A DNA stretch of 64,000 nucleotides from Salpingoeca rosetta (GCA_033442325.1 JAWQFM010000012.1:884287-948286); one strand, 5' to 3'; counted from the first letter of the stretch, positions 1 through 18,696 are shown. Numbers and translations are program-made. Notes: generated by a model not told the origin, from the sequence alone.

Positions 1-134
1 TCTATTGTTGTGCATCTGCCTACGTGATCACGGGTTGCGCGCTCCTGTCTCATGACAGATGCACCCACCTCATCACACACACTCTCTCTCACTTGCAACT
101 TCAAATCCACACACATCACACATCACACACGCCT

Positions 135-227
<93 letters not shown>

Positions 228-243
228 CTTTAACAATGTGCAG

Positions 244-951
244 GTGGCATTGACCCGGAAGTGCGGAAGGAAGTGTGGTTCTTCCTGCTGGGCGTGTACC
301 CGTTCCTCTCCACTACTAGGTCGGTGTCACAGAAGAGGCGGGCACTTGGCTCGCTGGTTGTGCCCATGACTATGCTTGGCGGCCTGTGCGCTACCCGCCC
401 GCCGCAGACACGCCGCTTACATGCCACTGACCGCGTGTGCTGCCGTCACAGAGAACGAGAGGTGCTGATGCGCACGCGACGCATGGAATATCGTGCCATG
501 AAGGAGCGCTGGCAGGAGGAGTTTGAGCCAGAAAAGGTGCGGCTATCGCACACTTGTGCGCATGTGTGTATGTATGTGTGTGTATGTGTGTATGTGTGTA
601 TGTATGCGTGTGTATGTGTGTATGTGTGTATGTGTATGTATGTGTGTGTATGCATCAGTGTGGGGATGTACATCAGAGCGTGCCTGTACGTCACAGTGTG
701 CAATCTCGACGTTCTCACGGGCATTTGCACCTGCACTTCCTGCTTGTGCTGCAGCATGATGCGGGCGACTCCTTCTCCGCAGCAGACGATCTCGATCCAG
801 AAGACCAGTTTGCCTTTATCCAGGTATGTGCGTGTGCGTATGCGTATGCGTATGCGTATGTGTGTGCGAGTTTGCTTATGGGATGATGTCCCTCGCATGG
901 ATGCTGGTGCTCATGGTATCTCACTCACATGGAACATGTCTCCTTTTGTGC

Positions 952-999
<48 letters not shown>

Positions 1000-2455
1000 G
1001 TGTGTGTGTGTGTGTGTGCGTGTGTGTGTGTGCGTGTGTGTGTGTGCGTGTGTGCAGGCGAAGATCACAGCCATGGGTCACCAGTTTGACCGGCAAAAGG
1101 CAGACAGCTCCATCGTGAGTTTGTTGCTTGTGGTCGTTCAATCCTACACCTACGAGCATCACATTCAATGCACACTTCACGCACAAGCACAAACACGTGT
1201 ACAATCACACAATCACACAATCACACAATCACACAAGCACACAATCACAAACGCACACACACGCGCGCGCGCACGCAATCACTCACAAACAATCATGATC
1301 ACAATCGCATACAATCGTCACAATTCCACCATCATCGTCACACCTCTGCCATCGCCATGACCAGCGCACGATCAAGAAGGACGTGCCGCGAACGGACCGG
1401 GAGACGGAATACTTCCGAGAGGATGACAACATCCATCTGCAGTGGCTCAACGACATCCTCATCACATACGCCGTCTTCCACGAGGAGGTGCGCATTGATG
1501 ATGGTGGTGATGGTGGTGGTGGTGGTGGTGATGGTGGTGGTGATGGTGGTGGTGGTGGTGGTGGTGGTGGTGGTGGTGGTGGTAATGTTGAAGTGGGGCT
1601 GCCGCTTGATGTTCAATGTGTTGCTGTCTGTGTCACACCAACAGCAACGCCCCCTCCCTTCCGCACATACACATACACACACACACACACACATACACTC
1701 TGTTTGCTGGTGGCAGGTTGGATATGTGCAAGGAATGAACGACGTACTGAGCATCATCCTCCCAATCATTGATGACGAGGTGTGTGTCGTTTGGTGTCGT
1801 TGCGTGTGCTGTTATTGCGTTGGACATGTGCGAACCGCCTGTAACTGCACACACCCAAGAGTCCTCACCTTCTCCATTTCTCATCATCACCACATCGCCA
1901 CCACCACCTCCATCATCACCACATCGCCACCACCACCTCCATCATCACCACATCGCCACCACCACCTCCATCATCACCACATCGCCACCACCGCCTCCAT
2001 CATCACCACCATCACCGCCGCCACCAATTGTCAGGTCGAGGCGTACTGGTGCTTTGCGCAGTATCTGGAGACGATTCAGGCCGATTTCATGGCCACGGGC
2101 ATGGTGCAGAACCTCAGTGAGTCCAATGCGTGCGCGGCGTGATGTGGGCTTGTGGTGGTGAATGTGCGCGCGGATGGATGACTTGTGCTTACGTTTACTC
2201 GCCACTACGCCACGTTGTGCACACGAACGTCAACTCCCACTACCACCACCACTGAATCGCAACTGTATCACAACGATTGCATCATTATCACAACGATTGC
2301 ATCATAGTGTCTAATGCCACCTGTCCATCGCATCACCGCCGCCACCACCGCCAGGGACGCTGGAGGAGCTTGTTGCCATTATGGATCCAGACCTGCGGCG
2401 GCATCTCATCGATGTAGATGCGGGCGAGATGATCTACTGCCACAGGTGACGATGG

Positions 2456-2537
<82 letters not shown>

Positions 2538-3650
2538 ACGTAGGGAGGAGGGGTTGTTGTCGCCGTGAACACAAGCATGCGCTTACTGCGGCTGCTTGTG
2601 CGTGTACGTTGCTTACTCAACGCCCTACCAATGCACACATACACACACAAACTTGCGTGCACACACAGGTGGCTGCTGCTTGGCTTCAAGCGGGAGTTTG
2701 TGGCGGAGAGCAGTGAAGCTGTTTGAATCCTCTGCAGCATCACCTCGAGCTCTCAGGTGATTGTGGAAGATGTGTGACATGCGACGCATCTCAGTGCATG
2801 TTGTGTTACGTGCATTGCTTGCTCGTCTGTGGCGACACCGTGCTGTGTATTGTACAGTGTGTGTATCATCAGCGTCGCGGTATACTGGCTCGTGATCATG
2901 GCGACACCATCTATCACCACCATCGCCATCATACTCACACCACCATCATCACCGACACCATTGCTGCTGTTGCCATGATAAGCATCGAGGCTGAGCGCGA
3001 GCGGAGCAAAGAGCGCCGGACACAGCGGCAGAAACAGCTCGGAGGCACAGAACTCGCACCCCAGGAGAAGGCCGAGGAAGGTGCGCTGCCAGCTGGTCTA
3101 TGCTGCTGCTGCTGTTGTTGTTGTTTGTTGTTCTTGTTCTTGTTCTTGTTGCAACCATTCCCTCAGCACCTTATTCACACACATGCGCACACACACACTC
3201 TCTCTCACACACACGCGCGCGCGTGCGCGTGTACACAATTTTATTTACCGCGTGTTTGCAGCGGCTGGGGACACATTTGAGACGAAGTACAAGTTTGAGC
3301 TGTTTGTGTGCATTGCAATTCTTGAGGAGTACCGGGACCATCTCATGGCGTGCGAAACGATGGCCGACGTCTTCCAGTTCATCAATGGGTGCGCCTCTTT
3401 CCTCTTTGTGTGTGTGTGTGTGTGTGTGTGTCTGTCTGTCTGTCGTCACACGTGTATCATGCGTGGTTGTCTTGGCTGCTGACCCACCACCCTCTGCTCC
3501 TCTGCTCACACCACCACACCACATCGCAGGCTGAGCGAGAAGATGCATCTTGACACGATTCTGCTGCGGTCGGAGGAGGCGTTTTTCCGCTACTGCCGCG
3601 AATCCGTGCACAGCACGCGCGGTGCCGACGACTACCTGCTCAAGAGCTGA
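244..3650 (+). CDS. TBC-domain Rab GTPase-activating protein (TBC1D15/16/17-like), multi-exon, 5' part upstream of the window
   Basis: Spliced exons read GIDPEVRKEVWFFLLGVYP, IKKDVPRTDR (Arg finger), VGYVQGMNDVLS (Gln finger), EAYWCF, RWLLLGFKREF and FELFVCIAILEEY. Stop TGA at 3648-3650. The exon at 2669-2756 has apparent frameshifts. Confidence 0.92.
1882..2010. repeat. Intronic 29-bp minisatellite (CATCATCACCACATCGCCACCACCACCTC), about 4.4 copies
   Basis: Units start at 1882, 1911, 1940, 1969 and 1998 (partial). Confidence 0.85.
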
Positions 3651-4525
3651 TGATCATCCCCCGAGGGGTGGTGGTCGTGGTGGTGGTCGTGGTGGTGGTT
3701 GGTGGTGGTGGTGGTGGTGGTGGTGACCATTTGTAGTGGTGGTTTCGTGAAGTTTGGTGTTGGGGGCCATCACTCGCTCATGATCCGTGTGCTCGCTTCA
3801 ATCCAGTTCATATCACTTGTTTAATCGTCTCCCTTGTGCCTCTCACCCCTTTGTCGCTTCTTCGCACCTCCCCAAAACAAACAAACAAACAAACAAACAA
3901 ACACACACACACACACACACACACTTTAAGTCTTTTGTTTCTCGGCTCAAATCATGTACACAAATGAAAAGGCATACATGGCATGGTTGTTTATTGCACC
4001 CTCAAGACAGAGGGAGACAAAGAGACAGGAAGAGGAAGAGGGGAAGAGAAACATACAGACACACACGGAAGGGGGAGCAGTGATACAGCAAGACGATGAG
4101 CAACAATGCAGTCATCACAGCACGGGCACCGCATGTGCCGTGCAGACGTCCAACGACAACACACAAACCAGCCTAGAACCAAGTTGTTTGTTGAAGAGAC
4201 ACAAAGATGAGAGCAAGGCGAGACAGCCAACTCAAAGAAAGAGTTCACTACGAGCAGTGTGCTGTGTAAAAATGTAACATGTAACACTGAAACAACACGA
4301 CGAAACCAAAAAAGAACACTGCTCGCTCGAGAGAAAAGCAAATGCACCTTACAGGCACACTCACACATGCACAAGCAAACAAAGACTGGCACAAGAAGCT
4401 GACTGAACCTGAACGCAAGAAAAGGACACGACACGGTGTACAGCGCAAAGCGACGGCAAGTGACGAAACATCACGCTGCCCGCGTCACATCACATCACAG
4501 CACAGCACACGTGCGTGGTGCTGTG

Positions 4526-5205
4526 TCACAACGGCCGCAGGAGGTTCGAGAAGAAGTCAAACGCGACAATCATGATGCCGCCGCCAGGCCCCAGCCTGAC
4601 GAGTCGTGGGAAGAAGCCCTTGTACAGGGCGGACAGGCCCTCCGTCGCCAAAATGCGTTTGAGAGACGAAAACACGCCCGTGTAGATGCGCTCCTGCCCA
4701 GGCAGCTGGTTCTGGAGCCTGCTCTTGACAACATCAAACGGGGTGGCAAACACAACGCCAATCATGCCGCCAACGAGGCCAGACAGAAACTTCTTCGACA
4801 ACACCTTGGCTGCAGAGACGCAGGAGATGGGGGAGGTGGTGGGCGTGGATGGTATGGATGAGACAAAGAACATGAGCAGCGCAGGACACCGCAAGCACAA
4901 ACACCATGCGTGATCAACACACATCCACACACACACACACACACATGTGCATACACGCACACATACACACACAAATGCACACATGCACACATTGCACATG
5001 AACACGAACGCACATACCGTGGGAGTCGTCTGGTTTGGAGGGAAACCAGTTTCGGACGGTGCCAATGGCAGCAAAGTACGTTCCATTCCACGCGGAGTTG
5101 CGGCAAATGTGGGCGAAGATGCCATTATAAACAGACAAGACACCCTCCTTTGCTACCATTTGCCGAACACAGTCCCACGTGTTCTGCACACGCAGAAAAG
5201 ATGGG

Positions 5206-5287
<82 letters not shown>

Positions 5288-5756
5288 CGGTCTCACACAA
5301 ATGTGTGCGATGTGTGTTTGTTGAGAGCATACCGCGTGCGCTATTACGAGAAAATCTGCACACCCCCGAGAGCAGACGAGACAAAAACGGCACATCCAGC
5401 GCACACACACACACACACACGTCACGCACGCACGTGAGATATGCCCACAGCAAGGGCCGCTCCAGATGTGCAGAGGCACGCTCACTGTATGTATGGAAGA
5501 GGATCCTCTAGCGCGCCACGGCACTTTGCTGCGATCAAAGAGGGCAGATTACNNNNNNNNNNNNNNNNNNNNNNNNNNNNNNNNNNNNNNNNNNNNNNNN
5601 NNNNNNNNNNNNNNNNNNNNNNNNNNNNNNNNNNNNNNNNNNNNNNNNNNNNTCACGAGTGCCTTTGTTTCTGCCGCACATGGTCTCAGGAATGGACTGC
5701 ATCGGCAGTTGAGGAGATTGCGACACCCCCACTCGGGGTCAGAGGAAGCGGCAGCA

Positions 5757-5854
<98 letters not shown>

Positions 5855-6466
5855 CACAAATGCACACACTGCACAAACGCACAAATGCACACACACACAC
5901 ATGCACACGCATGTCCAACGTACAGGCACGATAGCTGGGCAGGGAGCCATCTGCGGAGCTGAGAAGGTGCTTGAACTCCTCGTTGGCCGCAAACTTGGTG
6001 GCCCGCTTTGGGGCCTCTGCCATAATGGGGCTGAGCACACCTCTATACAACCCGAGAGGCCCTTCGCTGCGCAGGATCTCGCCAAAGGTCCTGAGCATGG
6101 TGGTCCTTGTCGTTGACAGCTGCGCCCGCGTCTTGGCCACATCGGTCGGGTACATGACGGAGATCTCAATGGCCCTGTGTCATCATCATTCGAGGTCGCA
6201 GTGTTCGGTCGCTCAGCAGGAGGGGGGCGGGGTGTTTGTTGAGCGCAGTGGGGTGTCAGTAGTGGCACGGCGTGGCAGCTGGCGTCGTCGCATGGCGGCA
6301 GCAGTCGCAGCAGTCGCAGCAGTAGAACACAAGCAGGCTCACAGTGTCACATCACATCACATCACGCAGGTTGTAGCTGGTTGTTGGTTGGTGCTGTTGG
6401 TTGTTGCACTGACCCAGCAAGGCCGCCCGCAATCACCGTCTTGTAGAACGGAAGGTCTGACGCCAT
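4526..6466 (-). CDS. Mitochondrial carrier, 2-oxodicarboxylate carrier-like (SLC25A21/ODC)
   Basis: Exons read MASDLPFYKTVIAGGLAG, MYPTDVAKTRAQL...LYRGVLSPIMAEAPKRATKFAANE, RNSAWNGTYF and ATPFDVVKSRLQ...LYKGFFPRLVRLGPGGGIMIVAF. The Px[DE]xx[KR] motifs and EAPKRA/RLGPGGG are ODC-like. The middle (helix-3) exon was not found, near the gap at 5553-5652. Confidence 0.88.
5553..5652. other. Assembly gap (100 N)
   Basis: Run of N. Confidence 1.
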
Positions 6467-7078
6467 GGCTGGTGGTGAAGCGACGACGTGGTGTTGCGAG
6501 ACGTGGAGTGGAGAGGGATGGATGGGTGATGTGGACGATGCTGCTGTTCGTTGATGAATGAGCAGGGTGTAGGTTGGCGTTGTTGGTATTGGTGCACTGG
6601 CTGTTGTTTCTTCTGCTGTCCGTTTTTCTTCGTTCGGGTGCGGTGTGTGTGCTGTTGTGTGTGCTGTTGTGTGTGTGTGCTGTTGTGTGTGCTGTTGTGT
6701 GTGTGTTGCTGTTGTGTCTGTGTGGTGTTGTGTGTGTGTCTGTGTTGTGTGTGTGTGTGTGCTGTTGTGTGTATGTGTGTGTAGTTGTGTGTGTAGTTGT
6801 GTGCGCATGCAAGCGAGCAAACTGCCAATGCAGTCAGTGTACTTCGTCGTCTGGCTGTTTGGCTGTGTCAAAAGGAAGAACAGCAGCAGTGGGCTGCTTG
6901 CTTTAGTGGTTCCACTTCCCTCCTCCTCACCTTCAAGCTAAACGCTTACGGCCCGCAAGTACAACAACGAACAAAGCTGCAACCTCGCCATCAACACGAA
7001 AAAGAAAGAAAGAGAAGAAGGAAGTTCAAAGCGATGCTGTGAAACAACAACGACGAACATGCACAGACCCCGCTCATG

Positions 7079-10000
7079 TCATCTCGATGCGTCAAGACTT
7101 TGCACACTGTCCTGCAGCACATTCAGTGGATCGCCCTCATATTCCTCGGTATCGTCGTTGTCATCACCGTCACCGTCATCATGGTCACCGCCTTGCTCGT
7201 TGTCATTGTCATTGTCATCGGCGCCGTCAGCTCGACTGCCGTCACCTGCAACCACGCCGTTGGCTTTCCCTCCTCCACCCTGCTGTTCCCTGCTGCTGTT
7301 CTCATCACCTGCCTCACCATCACCATCACCATCACCATCACCATCACCACCATCACCATCACCACCATCATCATCATCATCATCATCATCGTCACCACCA
7401 CCGCCGCCGCCATCGCCCAGCTGCTTCTCAAGGAGTGCAACCTCCTCCAGCACAAGCTTCAGCTCCTCCTCAACCGACGGCAGTGCCCCCATTGCTTCCG
7501 CCAGCAGCTGCCGTCGCCGCGCATCTGGCGTCACCACCTCAAAGTCGTGCCAGCAGTAGAGCTCCGTCCACACGTCCACCGCCTGTGCACGGTACGACAC
7601 GCGCAGCCACATGGGCGGCGGCAGGCCGTCGGGGGCGAATGCGGGGTTGGTGTACTTGCGCACGGTGGCTGGGTCGAGCAGCGCTGGCCAGAGGGACGGC
7701 GCTTGCTTCGTGTCGCGCAGCATCTGCCGCTCAAGCAGATTGTTGAACAGGAACGTCCCTGTATGTGTGTGTGTGTGTGTGTGTGTGCGTGTGCGTGTGT
7801 GTGCTGTGTGAGCTCGAGAGGGATGAACAAGAGAAACAAGACGAGAAGCGAGTCTGTGGTCTCGCCCCAAGCAGTCACGCGACACAACAGCACCGGCACC
7901 ATCAACAACAGCACCAGCACCACGCGACAACGGACCGGAATCGGAGACTTGCGAGTGGCGGTGGAGATCAATGAGCAGCTGGTCCGTAAACTCAAAGCAA
8001 AACGGAAACTGATGCAGACACTGTCGTGGCAACATGTGCGTGTGTGTGTGTGTGTGTGTGTGCATTCGAGTGAGGCACGACATAATCGGTTTCTCAGTGA
8101 CAATCAGGGGTGAACAAGATACGACAACACCCCCCAACACACACACACACACTCAGACACACACACACACAGACACACTCAGACACACACACACAGACAC
8201 AGACACACACACACAGACACACACACACACAGACACACACACACACAGACACACACACACACAGACACACACACACACGAGCATGCCAACACGAGGGACG
8301 CGCTACAAGAAGTGAGGCACCTGGTGAACACAGTCGAGGAAGAGGAGGAAAAACGGTCCACGTTCGGATGCATCGGGATGCCCAAAGTGGCTGTGACGCA
8401 ATGTAAAGGGGTGACCCATCGTCAACCACTCCTTCTCAATCAACTGCATGAACCTGACATACAGGCATGTGCGCACAACAAGTGCGCATGCGTATGTACA
8501 CGTGAGATAGTGTCCATTTAGTTCCGATTAAGTGAAGATGAAGACACCGAAGCAATGCGAGCAACGCAATCACACGCATGATGTGCACGGCTGCTCGACT
8601 GCACCATACCCCTTGATGGTGCGGAAGTGCGGATCAAGGAGGAGCTGCGTGAGTGCAGTGAGAACACACGTGTTGTCCCACCCAGACTCGCCATGGATCA
8701 CAACAGGATCACCCTGTGGTGGTGGTGGTGGTGGTGGTGGTGGTGGTGAGGATGGTGGAGAGAAGTCGAGGTCGAAGATGAAGTGGAAAGGGACATTTGC
8801 AAATGCACATGCACACGTGCGGCGCGTACGTTGTCGCGAATCGACTTTGCGGCGGCGGCGGCGGCGAAGAGACAAGTGCGGACCTGTGTCAGCCATCCTG
8901 ACGACTCCACCTGGAGGGCGGCACGGCAGATACATGGCGTGGTGAGGCCGTGCATGTGTAAGCGTGTGTGTGCGTGTGTGTGTGTGTGTGTTTGGAGAAA
9001 ACGCGCATAATACGGCGATGTTAACAAGACACAAGCCAGCGCACGGCATAAGGTGCAACACATCAGAACGCAACGCCCTCTCCTCCGCACCTTTGACCAG
9101 AGAGCAGACATGTCAATGGCTGGATCCTGGCACGCCTCGCGAAATCGGGTGAACGCGGCCTGCAGCGCCTTGCAGGGCATGAGGTCACAGAAGTGCTGCT
9201 TCCACCCCGAATACGGAGTGCCCGTCCCCGTCGGCTCAAACCCGCCGCCCTGGCATGACGTGACGGTGGTGGTGGTGGTGGTGGTGGTGGTGAGGTCAGT
9301 TGAGGGGAGGCAGTAAAGCAGCAGTGAACGAACAGATTGCACGTGGCTTTCACTTGCAAACATCAGCGTTTTGCTGCGACAGACAGGAAGAGAGAAAGCA
9401 AGACACGCACACACAAACACAAAACACACACATACATACACAAACACACACGCGCGCACACGCACACGAATACACAAACACAACACACAACCACACTTCA
9501 CACACCTTGCTCTTGTGTGTCTGTGCGAGGGACGCACTGCGAGTGTCGAGAATAACACCGCCAATACCGCCGCCGCACGCCTTTCGGATCTTGCGGAACA
9601 GCTGCGTGTCCGGGTAGCACGTCTTCCCGCGCGGCCCGATGCGCGGCTGCGAACACCGCACCAGCACACCCTGCACACACACACATGCATACAGAGAGTT
9701 GTGTGCGCGAATGTGAATGAGTTTGTGTGTGTGTGTGTGTGCGCGCGAATGTGAATGAGCTTGTGTGCGAGAAAATGAGTTTGCGTGTGCGTCTGTGCGT
9801 GTGCATTCATTAACGTGAGCCACTTGCGCCCACTGCAGCGCGTGATGCACTCACGGGGCTGATGGGGTCCAGGTAGATGACGATGGGGAAGCGGCGGTGC
9901 GTGCGGTGCCGCGCAACTTGCTCCAGCACTTCGTCCTCCACATCCGCTGGAACCACGAGCTCTGGAGGATACGTGGAGCACAGCTGCGCAGCAACCATGC

Positions 10001-11180
10001 ACGTGGTGGTGGTGGTGGTGGCGGTGGTGGTGCGGGGTGAGTTCAGACAGCAATGAACCAAATGGGTGTCCACCCAACAGCAATTTCACACGCACACACA
10101 CACACGCACACACACACACGCACGCATGCTCTTTCTTGTTCCACCTTCATGTCCTTGTTAATGTGGGTGAGGCGCCAGGTGACCTTCCCGCGTTGTGCAT
10201 CGCCAACGCCCATGCGCTTGTACTCGTCGTCCAGGCTGAAGAGATCCCAGCCTTCCAGGTTTGTGTCCGACGGCATGGGCTGGTAGCCAGGAAGCCAGAT
10301 GTACTTGGCTGGAGAAAAAGAGCCCCGAATGGGAGTACAAGGAAAGGCAGGCAATACATTCGCCCATGCAGCGCACACAGCACACAGCACGGAAGCTGTG
10401 AGATGCACGAGCCGAGTCGCCAAATTTTCATGTCACAAGCGCAACACACGAGCCGTGCTCCAGCTGTCCCAATGCCCCAAGGCGGCGTTGTCTCGTCCCT
10501 CGACTCGCTTCTGACCTGGGCAGCTGAGCTGTTGGATGGTTGTGGCGGCGTTCTTCGCGTGTGAGTCGACGGGAATCCAGAAGTGGAGCTGGCGAAACGT
10601 CTTCAGGTGCAGGGTCATCATGGTTCCTTGCGCAGGTTGGGATCGCAGTTCCACAGAATCCACTTCCGTGTGCATGACCTGAGTGCGTGAATGTGAATGT
10701 GAATGTGAATGGTGAAAGCGTGAGCAGCAGCGCACCGTGGACCAAACGTTCACAGGCATGCGCACACGAACAGCAGAACCAAAGCAAAGGAATGTAATCA
10801 GTCGAGACAATATCCAACATGGACAGTAAATTAGCAGAGACTGTGTCTCAAAGCCCCCGTTCCAAATACAGGCTCTTCAACAAGCCTCTTCAATACGCCT
10901 CTTCAACAAGCCTCTTCAACACGCCTCTTCAACAAGCCCCATCAACAAGCCTCAACACACACACACATACACTTTCAACACAAGACACAAACAGCAACCA
11001 CAACTGCACCCGAGTCGGACAAACCTGGAGGCTGGATGAGTTGTCCCTCTCAAAGATGACGTAGATGGGGTTGATCCAGAGCATGCCACTAGCACGATAC
11101 GGCCCAACCTGCGTGTCGGGCGTGCTGTACTGCAGCACACCAGGCAGCTTGGGCTGCTGGATCAACTCCATTGGATCCAT
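7079..11180 (-). CDS. Myotubularin-related protein, predicted inactive (MTMR9-like)
   Basis: PH-GRAM-like N-terminus; exons GWDLFSLDDEYKRMG...WRLTHIN, LCSTYPPELVVP, VRCSQP, GGGFE, ESSGWL, VVIHGESGWDNTCVLTALTQLLLDPHFRTIKG and QFPFCFEF, GTFLFN; C-terminal coiled coil and acidic tail. Confidence 0.92.
10873..10955. repeat. 13-bp minisatellite (GCCTCTTCAACAA-like), about 6 degenerate copies, in intron 1 of the myotubularin gene
   Basis: Tandem ctcttcaacaagc / ctcttcaatacgc / ctcttcaacacgc units. Confidence 0.75.
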
Positions 11181-11689
11181 GGTCGTGGTGTTGTGCTGGC
11201 GGAGCAGCGGGCTGCTTTGCAAGCGCGATTGCAATTTGCAAATTGTAGAATGGAGCAGCATTGAACAGCACAAAATGTTGCTAGAACTGCATGCTGCCAA
11301 ATGTATGGTTTTGGCCATTTGAGTGCTGGAAATGACATATCTTTCAGCATTGCGAAAGATTTTCGGTGCCGCAACAGCACAGCACCCCAAAACAAAAACA
11401 AACCAACACAACTGACCAACCGACTGTGAGTGAGTGTGGCGGTGGTGCAGTGGGGAATGGAAGAGTTGGTGCTGGTTCCAATGCAGGGTTGGTTGGTGCG
11501 TTCGTTGGTGTGCGGGGGGGGGGGCGTGTTGATGATGTGGTGTGGCTGAATGGCATGCGCGCATTGTGTGCGTGCGTGAAGGTGTGAGATTGCACGAGCG
11601 GACAAACCCCCACAAAGATACCATCAACTCGTTGATTTTGCTGTGTTGTTGCATGCTCTTTTGCCGCGCGCAAACGCATACCCACACAC

Positions 11690-11777
<88 letters not shown>

Positions 11778-11876
11778 CACTCACTCACTCGCCCTCTCAC
11801 TCTCTCACTCTTGTTAGCGACGACTCAAGCGACCGTATCCCTCCAACAAACACACACACACGCCTAAACCAGCATC

Positions 11877-12176
11877 ATGTCTGTGGACCGCGTAAGTACA
11901 GCGATGCCATACCGCTTGCCGCTTGTTGTTCGCCGCTTGTTGTTTGCCGCTTGCCGCTGCTCCGCGAGCGCGCAAACACTAATCTTTACCCGTTTGGCTT
12001 CGTTTTGCCTGCAACAGGAAGTCATGTACGATGCGTACAATGAGGTGCGCTCCGATGACAACGACACCGCCTGGTATGTTTGACCATTGGTGCATGCGTG
12101 TCTGTCCACCTCTGCCGCCCTGCCTAAACTCGCTGTTTCAATTCTGTCTCCTTCAAACTGTTCAAACTGTTCACTC

Positions 12177-12225
<49 letters not shown>

Positions 12226-12587
12226 CTCTCTCTCTCTCCTTGTTTCTTCCACACACACACACACACACANNNNNNNNNNNNNNNNNNNNNNNNNNNNNNN
12301 NNNNNNNNNNNNNNNNNNNNNNNNNNNNNNNNNNNNNNNNNNNNNNNNNNNNNNNNNNNNNNNNNNNNNNNNNNNNNNNNNNNNNNNNNNTCTGCGCGGC
12401 CGCTTGGCATACCTCATCACTGACCCCGACCCCGTGCTGCACGACGACCACTTTTTGTGTGATGTCTTGCTTCTGCAGAGCTATGCAAAGGAGTTCCTTG
12501 CTGACCAGAAGAGCGACCTCGACTATGACTCCATCCTCGAGGAAGTCAAGGCCACAGGGTGCGTCGCTGTTTTTGTGTTGTGTTGTC

Positions 12588-12645
<58 letters not shown>

Positions 12646-12831
12646 TTCGTTGCTTGAGATCATCCCTTCCACATCCACACACATACACATCCACACACAA
12701 AAATAAAATACAGCACGTCAACCCTCACTCACTCCATGACACCTGCACCACCTGCCGCCATCGCTCGTTACATCTGCTTGGTTGGTTGCTGCAGCGGCGC
12801 CAACTACGGTACCGGTGTTCGCAAGGAGTAG
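11877..12831 (+). CDS. COTL1: Coactosin (ADF-H actin-binding protein); middle exons fall in an assembly gap
   Basis: Exons MSVDR | EVMYDAYNEVRSDDNDTAW | ... SYAKEFLADQKSDLDYDSILEEVKATG | GANYGTGVRKE*. The AYNxVRxD...W start and GGANY end are coactosin hallmarks. All visible junctions are GT-AG. Confidence 0.85.
12270..12390. other. Assembly gap (121 N)
   Basis: Run of N. Confidence 1.
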
Positions 12832-13421
12832 ACAATCTTCACTTTCCCGCCACTCATCTCCCCTCTCTCTACACCAGTGACGTGATGTGAATCTCCCTCT
12901 GCCTACACATTGCTTCATCCTTTTGTGTCGTGTCTTTCGCTCTCGGCGTCGTCTCAGCAGCTGTCATTCCCAGTCCCGTCTGTTTCTCGTGCTTTCGTGT
13001 TTTGTCACATCACACGTGTGTGTCATGCTCCCTTCCACGTTCCTTTGATCCTTCGTTGCAGTTTGTGCTTGGGGGTCCGAAAGGTACCACAATCATGATG
13101 ATGATGATGATGATGGTCTGATTCCCCCTTGTCGTCGTAATCGTGGTGCCTCGCATCCCCCTGCTCATCTCCTCTCCGCTCTCCCCTGCGTTCCGCGCCG
13201 GCTGGTGCTGGTTGTGTTGCACCATTGCTGCTGCTGCTGCTTCTTCTTGCGCGCAGTTTGTCATGAGTGCAAACCGCAACCACCACCGCCGCCATCAATG
13301 AATACACGGATGGCATTGCATGAGCAGGTCGAGCAGGGACAGTGGCAACCACGTTCCAGCGAGACAAACACAGAGGCAGAGACAGGGAGGGGAGAAAGGG
13401 GGAGAACAGGAGGATGCGCAA

Positions 13422-13474
<53 letters not shown>

Positions 13475-13498
13475 AGCCAGAAAGGAGGGGTGCGTGTG

Positions 13499-18360
<4,862 letters not shown>

Positions 18361-18612
18361 GTCTCTGGGTGCGTGTGTGTGTGCGTGTGTGTTGCAGTGC
18401 AGTGGTGTTTGCACGTTCGCCAAGAGCAGCAGCAGTCGTGTTGACGGGTGTTGACGGGTTTTGCCACCGTCCAGCTTGGTAAAATCGCCCTTCCCAATGT
18501 GGCAAAATAGGACCGCACAGATTGCAGCCCAGTCGTTCAACCCAAGACATTCAGCGGACAAGACAAACAACAAGCGAAGGCACACAAACAAGCGAAGGCA
18601 CACAAACCATCA

Positions 18613-18665
<53 letters not shown>

Positions 18666-18696
18666 CACACACACACATACACATACACAAAGGACA

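Noticed and set aside
2455-2537. (GAT)n poly-Met/poly-Asp ORF
   Set aside because: Lies inside a GT-AG intron of the TBC gene.
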